Of a stretch of 64,000 nt of DNA, positions 1 to 10,250 are shown one piece after another (the first letter of the stretch is position 1; every line of letters begins with the position of its first letter). The stretch is from Ascidiella aspersa (Eukaryota). The stretch covers positions 35,836,001-35,900,000 of the forward strand of contig OZ004607.1 in the NCBI GenBank assembly GCA_963924565.1, written 5' to 3'. A program made the translations under genes and the position numbers. Below the pieces are notes generated by a model. That model had not been told where the DNA came from. It saw only the letters and a list, made by a program, of their open reading frames with translations, and made no database searches.

Positions 1-117
1 ATTCTAATATTTCTCGGAAATGGTCAAACAGTAGCTCAGCATAATTGAACGGCGAATATACTGTGAACGAATCTACGCTAAAGAAAAAATATCTTTAAAT
101 TTTGCATGCAAACTTAC

Positions 118-177
118 CGTTAACAAAATAATCACTTGCATCGTCCTAATCCTTTGCTGTATCAAAGGCGGCGTCAT
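118..177 (-). CDS. Possible first coding exon of a neighbouring gene continuing left of the window (MTPPLIQQRIRTMQVIILLT)
   Basis: Perfect ACG|GTAAGT donor at 117/118; ATG at 175-177 with an upstream in-frame stop; hydrophobic end like a signal-peptide start; acceptor-like TTTTTTGATTGACAG near 277-291. No homology recognised. Confidence 0.35.
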
Positions 178-908
178 ACTTTCGTCGTCTTGTCAATAAT
201 CCGAATAACTTTCATGCAAATCAAGTTGATTCGCTCTCAAAACAGATTCTAGTTTTTTCTAACGCCAAAACAGATCTGTCAATCAAAAAACAACGTCTGC
301 AACTTGCCGACAAGTGTCCGACATCGGGAAGGCAAATTGCATTCTGCGGGCTTTGTGGCACCGGAATCCGGCAAAGCGAATTTCAACAGACAATATGCGC
401 CAACCGCTATAGTCCAACGCTTTGTTTGTCATTGCGGAAAAGACTAACTGAAGGGTTGCTATTGCATGGTTATTTTTACGCTATGATCTTGTTAATTTTA
501 AAATTGACTTAACCCTGTGCAATTTTTTTAATTCCTTAAAACTCAAACAGACGGGCGCAAAGCACAGCTTTCCACGTTCAGCTCCCATCAGTTCGTTTAC
601 CACGCCTGTATGTTTTATTATAGTTATCGCGAGCCCTACAAATAAACGACATCTCGCCTGATTTAACCTGGGGCGTCCGCGCCGGGAAGTTGAAGCTTGG
701 TCCGTGCTTCTTTCCAGCTGTGCCGAAGCCGCAAGTGCACGTAGACCCTAAAAAGCGCAATTAAAAACAAAACGCGCACGTTTAGCGCGAGGACGTTGAG
801 GTCCCGCACCTGGCAAAGGGAACCGCATTGACCTCAAGACTAAAGGGGGAATATGTAAACAAAATCTGACACTGCATGTTTTTGCGACACGAGGCTTGGG
901 TTTCTAGC

Positions 909-1095
909 ACCGTTGTAATCAACTAACCGTTTCAATTATCAAACTGCTGTAATTACCAACCATTGTAATCAACTAACTGTTGTAATCAACTAACTGATGT
1001 AATCAACTAACCATTGTAATCAACTAACCATTGTAATCAACTAACTGTTATAATCCACTAACCGTTGTAATCAAATAAACGATGTCATCAACTAA
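909..1095. repeat. 17-bp minisatellite (CCGTTGTAATCAACTAA), about 11 copies
   Basis: Directly visible head-to-tail array with point variants. Confidence 0.92.
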
Positions 1096-2129
1096 CAAAG
1101 TTTGCGAGATTAATTATCTACAATTAAAGTGGGGTAGTAATTAAACTGAACCCGTGATCGACTGACAGCCAATGCAAAATCACTAAACACCAACTAAATC
1201 TCCTGCAAAATCAGCACACCTTCAATATAAAACAGTTATTGCTCGCGATTAAAAAAGGTGACATGAAACTTCATTTTACTGACACCAATCGACAGGTCGT
1301 TTTCACAAATCATGGGCAAAGTCTTTAAATCAAGGTAAGCTTTATTGGCTACAGTTTGCACGTATTGGTGGTTGACCTGACTCGCTGCAATCGACTAGGA
1401 GCATTCCCAAAGTTGCTTGACCCGAAATAGCATTCCTGCCAATGTCAGCAATAACAACACCCGAAACTTGATTGCCCTAAATTTGCAAAGGGGAAGTAGC
1501 TACACTGAACCTGCAATTCAGTTGACTAGCCGTTTCATCCGTATGCGCGCAAGTCGGCAAAAACTTTAAATATCCAAGGATTTAAAAGTGTTGTAGACTG
1601 CAATTGGCTGACAGAAACTCGTAATGTTGCTTGATATGAAGTAAAATCACTTGGCGAAGTTAGCAAAACAATAGAGAGTTCCATTTGCAAGCCCTATTGG
1701 CTGAAATTAAACTACACACGCTAAAACGCTTCACCTGATTTCAAACACACTGCAAAAACAGCAGTAGCAGCATGGCTTCTCGCGGCCCCAAGCTCCGTCT
1801 ATTCTTGCGCGAGGGCACGCGTGCCTTATCACCTTAAAGCGCTGGCGGCAGCGATAGACTTCGAACCCTACCGAAGGCCCTTCTGCCTTCGCTCAGCACG
1901 CAAGGCATGGGTCTTATATCGCCCTGGCGCAGAACGGCAAGCGGTAGAAAAAAGGGGGCGCCGCTCTACGCCTGTCGCGCGCACAACGTACACAACTACA
2001 GCTCGATTTGCGCTCAGGCGCGTCGGGCAACACTTTGTCACATTGTCGCTTTGTGGATTTTCGACTCGTTGTGATAAGGTTATGGCGCACGCGGTGTGGT
2101 GCGAAGTTGCCGTGTTATCGAGTGTTTGG

Positions 2130-2451
2130 CAATGTTGTAAACAAGTCATTTTTCAATGATTCAAGTCCCAGTCAAGTCATTAACAAGTCAAGTCCCAGTC
2201 ACGTCGTAATTAAAGCAAGTCAAGTCCATGTCATAAAGATAAAACGTTTAAAGAAAAGTTAAAACTAATAACCCGAATTTATGTAAAAATTGCTTTGTGA
2301 AAACACTTCGTTTTAACCTAAAGTCATTTGTTCAAAGACTAAGGTCAAATTAAGTTACGTTGCTCAAAATTCCTAAATCAAGTAAAGTCGGTTCAAAAAG
2401 TGACTTAAATGCACTGAAGCGCACTCAATTACTTGAGTTATTGCAACATTG
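2130..2451 (+). mobile_element. hAT-type MITE, (AAGTC)n family
   Basis: CAATGTTGTAA...TTGCAACATTG termini, subterminal AAGTC arrays, similar to the other copies. Confidence 0.75.
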
Positions 2452-3915
2452 GTGTGTAGTGTCGGTTGGTACATTTTGTTGATATTGTTAAATGGCTGAA
2501 AACCCCCTTTTATCGTAGTGGAATCATAATATTGCGGGTAGGACATCTCCCGGTGTTTAAGAAAACTTGAAAAGTGAAAATAAGCTATTTTTTGGTTTTA
2601 AAGTGAAACCTAGGAAAGTTGCAGCTGTAAAACAAAATCCAAAGAAGCTTTTCGAAAGCATTTTATACAAAACATCCACAGTCTTAAGAATTTAAATAAA
2701 GCACTATTTTTTCGAAGAAACGGGTTTCGAAAAAGATTTAGAAGTACTTTACGTCTTCCCCTAACTCCAGTTCGGCGATCAAGTTCCAAAACCGTTTTCG
2801 TCGTGACTGGATTTCGAAAGTACAGCTGCGGAACCACAGCGGTCTACTGATTGACAGAATAGCTCGGAACCGCGAACTATCCGTCAACGAGCTTCTGACG
2901 TCACTGGCAAATAGTCGCACATCAAAGACAATGCACTTTAAACGTTTGCAAAACTGACCCGGCCCATAACGCCCAGGCGCTGTACAAACCGCAATAATTG
3001 AACTGCTAACTTCTCTATTTGCCTATATGGGACCTATATAACATCCGCATTCGGTTAGTAGCGACAAAACGCTGCTTAGATTAGCTCGAGCACAATTGCA
3101 CTTAAAATTTGAAGGTTGTAATAATCCACCTTGGGGTGAAAATTTGTGAAAACGATGTTAAATTCTACTATCATGTAAAGGTGGAAATAAAACTCCTAAG
3201 CGTGGAATTTCCACCAACACCAATAGTTTGAGATTTATAGCGTGGAAATGTCCACCCTGTGATTGCGAAAGCGTGGTGAAAGGCACGGGTGCTCACAGCC
3301 CGTCGCCGCAAGCCGAGAAACGAAAACTATAATCAAAACACGCCCTCGAACGCAAACGCATTTCAGCCCTTCGCAAACATGGTTGGCTGCCGGCTACCAA
3401 ACACACCCCCCCCCCCCACCTTTACACCGGTCTGAAACGAAAGGCTGGTATCTTTATTGTTTTGTGTAGGCGACCAATGTGTTTGAGATTGTATGCGCAA
3501 CGATATCTCGCCATCTGCGCAACGTCTCATCTGTCACACCCCCGCCACACCCCATGCTGTTATGTAAGGTTAAGGAGTCGTGAAAATAATACAAGGGTGA
3601 AATCAAACCCACGCTTGGGTAGAAAACTGTAAAAAATATGCCAATCGAAAATTGTGGTGTTCGAAGACTAGAATTTGCATATTGTGTTACAACAATCACA
3701 CGGAGTTGTTTGTCAACTTAACTGTGCACTTTTCATGTCAATTTACTTCCTGTATTTGACATGGGAAGTCCTATGTCAACAAAAACATTCTATTTATAAT
3801 TTTCTCATAAAATGAAAACTAAACTGTTGTACTCGAGGAGTGTTTCGTTTTAAAGTATTAAGAACCTATTTTTTCTAGAAGGTAAAAAAGGAGTTGGCCC
3901 AAGAATACGAAGCAC

Positions 3916-4322
3916 CCTGATACAGCACACCGAAAAGCCATCGCAGACTCGCCGAATCTGTTGATCTATGATGCAAGCAGAGCAAGCCAGAAAAACAACT
4001 GGCCTGCAGTGAGTTTCGAACTCACGATCTCCGGTCAAGCCGGGACCGTCGCTCTACCAACTGAACTATGCAGGCTCAGAGAGGAGCGAGTCGAGAAACA
4101 ACCATGCGCCAATGCTTGCACATTTTGTTAGTACAAGCAACTTCACACTGGGGGATCATCAGTCCGTATCAATCAATGAAAGACACACACAAACATATGT
4201 GTTTAATAACATCTGTGATCTAGCCCCTCGGAAGTTGCTTTATGACCAACGATTACGGCTTCCGTATCAATAGTACACCGAAAAGCCATCGCAGACTCGC
4301 CGAATCTGTCCTAATACAGCAC
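3916..4322 (-). mobile_element. tRNA-containing, terminally redundant ~348-bp mobile unit (1.1-mer) with TSD
   Basis: 35-bp perfect direct repeat at 3927-3961 and 4275-4309; flanks CCTRATACAGCAC at 3916-3928 and 4310-4322; homologous permuted copy at ~47515-47880. Confidence 0.8.
4001..4075 (-). pseudogene. tRNA-like cloverleaf (Pol III A/B boxes and T5 terminator) inside the repeat; non-canonical anticodon arm
   Basis: Acceptor stem GCCTGCA/TGCAGGC, D arm GTTC-AGTTGGTA-GAGC, T arm GTGAG-TTCGAAA-CTCAC, TTTTT at 3991-3995; anticodon arm 2 nt too long and lacks U33. Confidence 0.75.
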
Positions 4323-5239
4323 GTGCATCTTAAACTAAATAGTTTACGAAAATAAGTGTGTTCAAATAAACAACTACAGAAACGGCTTTCTCGCATGTCT
4401 AGTTTGGGATTTTCCAAACAAGCCGACATAAGCAATATTTAATTGCTCACAAGCAACTCCTCGAACCTATAAAAATACAAGAACTTGAGCATACAGGTTT
4501 AAACCGGCCAAATCTCATCACTATAGTGTCGCAACACTTTTCAAAACGGATTCCTTACCGAAAAACGTCCGGACAGTAAAAATCAGAATACCACATTGCG
4601 CTGGGAATTAGAATCTCGCAGCATTTCGAGTTGAATGGGACAGTCTTTAAACGTATACCTGTCGATTTCCATTAGGTGATATATATCTTTTATCTATAGT
4701 AAGTCTATTTCTTCTGGTGTGTTACTTATTATCGCGTAAAAATAATACTAAAAAAAACGTCTGGAACAATAAACATGGATCTGTTGGTGATCTTCAGTAG
4801 AAAAAATGTGGCCCAAGGAATGAATCTTTTATCATTTATTTGGGCCACTTTTTCTTTACTGAAAACGTCTGGACATATCGTACAAAAGCGCGCAAACACA
4901 AACGACCTTTTACCGGCCTCACGCGTGTTAGCGGACTTGGCTTTCGCGGGCTGAATCAGAAGGCAAATGTTTGCTCGGCCAAAACAAGCCGCGCTCTCAC
5001 ATCCAAGTCGCGAGGGGCCAAGGGTCGTGTCTTATCCGTCACAACAATTTTCGGAGCTACTCAGCGCATCTCGCCCCAAACCAGGGAATGTTTATGGGGA
5101 GGTTTTAAACAATAAAACACAAAGTTTGAAAAGCGGGGTAAAACCAGGATCAGACAATTTTAAAAGAATATATTTCGCCTATACTGGCATCGTGTAAGTA
5201 AAGTAAAATACATAGTAAAGTAATAATACATTCATAAAT

Positions 5240-5690
5240 AAGAAGGGTTAAGTTTTTTAACTTTTTTTTAAGACTAGCAGGGGTTGGGAGGGTTTGTTAA
5301 GGGTTTGCTGACCAGGTTTAGTCTTTCGAAGGGTATTGGTTTGTTAATTGCACGCTTTAGGTTATGGTGTAGGACATCTTTTTATATATTGCTCACATAG
5401 CTGTAGTAGATTCAAAGCTCGTGAAATGTTGAGTAATTGACCGAATTTCGGTCAGCGCTGAGCAAGTACATTTAGTTTTATCTGCGAAACGACTGGTAAT
5501 AAGGACACCTTGATAAGTCGTTACTCACTTTGAAAATGTTTTAGTACATCGCTTTGCATCTTCGATTTTCTCAATTTGTTTCTTTTTATTGTTTATATGT
5601 TAATAGGGGTCTAAGTGGTTTAAGTTTTCTTTAGTTTGGGGATCATGGATTCGGGGTGATGTTGGGTTGGGGTATAGCGGGCCATGGGTC
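5240..5690 (-). mobile_element. Degenerate non-LTR retrotransposon 3' fragment (RT C-terminal region)
   Basis: Minus-strand translation gives LRPLLTY (RPxLxY-like LINE RT motif) followed by stops and frameshifts; C/A-skewed strand and A-rich tail. Confidence 0.35.
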
Positions 5691-6085
5691 AAATTCCAAC
5701 TAACAAAAACGTATATCTGTTGTATAGTCAGAGGGGTGTTTTCAGACCCAACAATCAGTTTGGGTGCAAAATAACTGATTTTCTTTCGCTTTGATTACTA
5801 TATTTATGGAATTTCCGGGAAAAAAATTGGGGGTAACATATGTGCAGTGCTTTTGGTTAACGATTTCTGGAACGACACGCCACCAGTATACGCTCTCCTC
5901 TGAACAGGTTTCAACTGTTCAATGAACAAGCTTCATCCATGCTGGCCGAGGTCATATTATCAACATGTAATCAAAAGGCAAACATTCAAAAACCTGTTGT
6001 TGACTATGACAAACTGAATGTGTAAAATATGAAGATGTCTTCTCTCCCTTACACGTAAATGTTGACTATGGCTTCATATGGGAGC

Positions 6086-6218
6086 AAATATTCTTTAGAC
6101 TTTCCTTCCGTAGTCAAAGTCAGTCATTAATAAGTTCTAGTCATTTAAAAAAGAAATCATGATATTTTTTTCTTTTACTGACTTTGACTGAGATAGGAAA
6201 GTCTAATGAATATTTGTT
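6086..6218. mobile_element. Small foldback/MITE-like inverted repeat
   Basis: Imperfect ~40-bp arms CAAATATTCTTTAGACTTTCC..AGTCAAAGTCAGT and ACTGACTTTGACT..GGAAAGTCTAATGAATATTTG. Confidence 0.6.
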
Positions 6219-6524
6219 GTTTTTGACTAAGAGTATTATGAGCGGCAACGCAAAACGCTATAAAATATCCATCTTCCCGGCGCTGGCTTTACGAGCCTTG
6301 CGATGCCTCCTTCAAATAAATCGTAATAGGCCTATATAAGCGCCGCTCGACCGGCACGCCAGTTTAACAGTTTTTCGACTGAATACGGACGGTTTACAAT
6401 GGCTGGTTTGCAGTAAAACCCAGCCCTAACCTCCCATCTAGCACTGGTTGGCGTACTGGTGGGCAAAACAGGTGGAGAAATAGGTTTGGGACGTACCTTT
6501 TGGAGTGGAATATCAGCAAGTAAA

Positions 6525-6772
6525 AAATGAACGCCAAAACTGACGTGATGCTTTCTGCATGCTACAAGCACCTGCTGAAGGACTAGAGGCAGTCGCTAAT
6601 TATTTTCTTATCGTTTCGTTACTCGCGTTTATTTCTGCTTTTTTCCTTGTTTTGCTTTCCATTTATTGTACGAGCGTTCAGTGTCATTCACCCTGACGAA
6701 GGCGGCTTGTATAGGTTGCCGAAATGTTGGTTAACAATTACAATTACCAGAGGAGCTGTTTTTGATTTATAT
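6525..6772 (+). mobile_element. 5'-truncated Penelope-like element (family A): ORF C-terminus, 3'UTR and hammerhead
   Basis: 14-bp TSD TATCAGCAAGTAAA (6511-6524, 6773-6786); MNAKTDVMLSACYKHLLKD* (6527-6586) resembles the PLE GIY-YIG end (N..... LS..Y..LL); hammerhead motif downstream. Confidence 0.72.
6689..6732 (+). ncRNA. Minimal type I hammerhead ribozyme motif (PLE-type)
   Basis: ACC-CTGACGA-A-GGCGGC/GTTGCC stem II-GAAA-TG-TT-GGT. Confidence 0.65.
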
Positions 6773-9680
6773 TATCAGCAAGTAAATTTGGAAAACGTGC
6801 GCCGAACTTTGAAATGATGTAAACGTATTTTCAATTCCACCTTGCATTGAAACTCTTTGGACACCTTCAAAATAAAGGGTATAGCGGCGTTTTTGCACAT
6901 TTCGCGAATCGCTATAATGTAGCATTCTTATTAAAAGTAGCCCATTTCGTGGATCGCCCAAAGCATTTGGTCGGCCCTCACTTTGTAACACTGCCTTGAA
7001 TGATTGTCGCAAATTCGCTTTAAGCTTTGGTTAGCGTGCGCAGTCATTGTTTGCCAGAGGGCTTGGTTACTTTAACAGCCTAATGAAAAACGCATCGAGC
7101 GATATCTAAGACACTCGTGGCGAATCCGGCCGACGTGTCAGAAGCACGTTTCGCCACCTGACCCTCAGTCTGATCGGTTACCGTTTTACCGCAAAACAAT
7201 TAGCATCAGCCCTCGCGTGCGCAACCTTAAATGTTCTAAGATAAGCGATTTCCCGTAAAACAACATTGGATTTAACTCACTCTTGTCTTTGCTTGTCGAG
7301 CCTCATTTGAACTAAGTGATATGGAACGTGAATCCGTATGGGTCACGTACACCCAAGAGGAATATCTCTTGCACAAAAACAAGGACGGCTATATGATATT
7401 ATTGTTAAGAGATTCCCCTTTCTATAACAGTGGTCCCCATCTTTTTTGTTGTCGCCTTTTCAGTTTATGAAAGTCTATGACAACCCCAATTTTGGACAAT
7501 TACACATAAACCATGTATGACAGTCAGAAACAATTTGGCAAAATGTTTGCATTTCTTGACCGATTGTTTCAAACTTTGGCAGGAATTTCCAGAATTACGC
7601 CACAAGCATGAGTTAGTAACTAAAAAATGACCGTTTTAAGGTTTCTTTGCTACGATATTTTTACCCCAAAGAAAAATAAATTGTATGCTTTTGACGTGGC
7701 AATGGAAGATTGACTGCCGTAAAACTACTTCGAAGCTTAGTTTCAATTTGGTTGTATTTTATAGTGTCTATTGAAAAATACCATGCGAGCTAAGTCAACG
7801 CAAAAAGTCACATATCCATGGAAGGAGCACCATTTAAAAAGCCACCAACCATTAGCTGAGTTTTGGAGCCGTTTGGCGAAAGTACATCACTCATGTTGCG
7901 GTAGACCGTGGCCTTAATGCAGCCTATACCTCTTCTGAAAGCCCTGGCGGTTAGCTGCCACAATGGCTGTATCGATCGCTCCACTTATATGCTAATTCAG
8001 AGGCGCTTTTGGTTTGGATAGAAACATCTCGAAGGTTTTTTTGGCATTTACGGTGCGTTTCAAGGCACTCTTTCACGCAAATAGCAAACCGAAATAGCGA
8101 AACGAAACCATTTCGCTTTGTAAAAATTGACAATTGGAAAGGCACAGTCTTGATCACTTCACTGAAATCTTGCTTCATGCTGTTCCCGTTTTTCGTTCGG
8201 GCGTTATATAGTAAATATATATCCAATATATTAGAGGAAAGTTTAGTGGATTTCAATAATCTCGGAAATTTCTTCGATGCCAGTAAAAATACCAAAGCCA
8301 TAAGTTGCAATAAAATCGAAATTTCGCAATTTACAGACGTTTCAGCAATAGTTCGACTCCGGTCAAATGTAAGATTTTGTCGAGTCGGTTAAAAATATTC
8401 AAAGTCCGACTCTACAGCCTTTATTTCAACTGTTTACGTAACTTAATTAGGGTGGATATTAAGCAGTCCACTCATATAGGTGTGGTATAATTCATTTTCA
8501 TATAATACATGATTATGTCTTCCAGGACTTGTTTATTTTGTCGAACGTTCCGGTTAAAGACTTTAAGATTAAATGTAAAACGTTAACAAAATGATACCTA
8601 CTTCCATCATCAGTGTAAAAATCAAATAACTAAAAAAAAAAAAAAAAGTGTATAGTGTTCCAAAGACCTTCGGCGCGTTCCTTGAATCCGAATCCAGCTG
8701 GAATCCTTGGTTTGTTCTCAGGCTTTTCTTTTAATTGTTTTTAAATAACAGACGCATCCTGGAGCCATCCCCATTCGCGGCTATGAAAAGCGTGACAAAC
8801 TTAAGCGTCAACTTTCCTTACTTTCCTTATTTTAGCAATTTAAATATTATTCCGTTGGGTTTAGGACTTATTCCAAAAACTTTGATCTATATATCGACTT
8901 AATTTAGATGTTCGTCCGCTGTGGATATAATTGCCTAGTTGGCTTTATGATGTTGTTGCTTCCAACACTATGGCAATATACATAACTTCGCTTTAAATGT
9001 CGCTTTATTTAGACATTTTTGTGTGCTGCAAAATTGGCGATATAATAAATGGTTCGTGTAAACGCCGCTCTGCAATATTTTATCAGCGACCTGAGGGCAA
9101 CATCCTAAACACAACAGGGCGACTTCCTTCTAATGCGCTGCGGCAGTTTGCTTGAACTTTTAATTGTTCTAGTTCGCGAAAGGCATCGATCAAGCGAAGG
9201 TTAAAAGTTGGCCCGGGGCAGATTCGGTGAGGGGTTCGTTATTCAGGGGGGACATCCTGCAAACTTGCACAAAGTCCAAGTGGCCTGTAGCTTTATAGAG
9301 AAACGTTTGCAAACGGGGGTACACGAACGTATGCTTTTTGTTTTGTTTGCTTGCTTGTTTTTAATCGACCGTATTGATTAACAGGCCACAACATAGTGAT
9401 TGATGCCATATAGGAGTTCCATGATAAGAAAGTCAAAGCGTATCAACGTTCAACAAATTAAACCAACATGTTTCGCTTGAAGGAATTACAGGAATAAGCC
9501 CTTTACACACCATGTTAAAAAGTATGTAGTAAAATAGTTTGTCCAAAGATTACCTAAACATTGTTTTAAAACATCTCGGTATTATCAATAGCTCGGCTAC
9601 CAAACCCGTAATACGCGGTTATTCCCCTGATGAAATTAAAACTTAGTAAAAATGATGAAACACAATCGATGGAAGCAGGA

Positions 9681-10030
9681 GTGATGTACAATGATATCGT
9701 TTTAGAGGCGATATCCGATGCCAAATGTTAGTATCGGTACTCATCCGATGCTAGGATGGTGCAAAACCAACCTTGAAAGTTAAATTTATCGAAATGACGG
9801 TAACTTAACAAACTGAGGTAGGTACACTTTTTACTACAGATGATTTTGGCCTGAAAATTTGTAAACATTAAAAACCTTTTTTTTTAAAAAATCGTTTTCC
9901 AATTTTAATTTTTTTGCTTGTTTGAGCTCAGTTATGACGTAATTTGGTATCTAATCGGATCGCAGAACTTTGCGTCAAAAATAACGGATATCGGTATCGC
10001 AATAAAACGAAGTATCAGATCCATTATAGT
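9681..10030 (+). mobile_element. Degenerate hAT-type MITE, (ATCGG/CCGAT)-rich family; related pieces at ~11229-11335, ~37040-37510, ~48085-48150
   Basis: Shared GGTAGTATCGGTACT..CCGAT..TAGGGYGGTATCGGTGCC block. Confidence 0.6.
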
Positions 10031-10115
10031 GCAAAGGTAACGAGTTAAAGCAGCAAAGACGAAATGCAAAGTGGGTAAAAGTCAAACTCTGCAAGTGCCA
10101 AAGTTGAAACGAATA

Positions 10116-10250
10116 TAGCTTGATAATAATGAATTTCAAAGCCAAAAAGGTCGAGTGTAGATCGACGTCATCTTGATTAAGACGTTTCCATAGAGATTGA
10201 ATCATCTTCATTTAATGTGACTGAGAAGCAATTCAAGCATCACTTATAAA
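10116..10250 (-). mobile_element. Penelope-like family B pLTR fragment with decayed hammerhead
   Basis: Homologous to 27342-27606 and 57530-57870; ATTAA-ATGAAGA...GGAAACGTC-TTAAT. Confidence 0.65.

Noticed and set aside
909-1095. CRISPR array
   Set aside because: Repeats are contiguous with no unique spacers, there are no cas genes, and the context is eukaryotic.
4001-4075. Functional tRNA gene (GGC anticodon if folded with a 7-nt loop)
   Set aside because: The anticodon arm has two extra nucleotides, no U33 and no purine at 37; it sits in a dispersed repeat whose other copy is partly deleted in this region.
4135-4240. Type III hammerhead in the tRNA-containing unit (CTGATGA at 4156-4162 on the minus strand, TCCG/CGGA stem I, AAGCAAC/GTTGCTT stem III)
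   Set aside because: It has GAAG instead of GAAA, no credible stem II, and the second copy reads CTGTAGA; a plain long hairpin explains the pairing. Worth re-checking on the family consensus.
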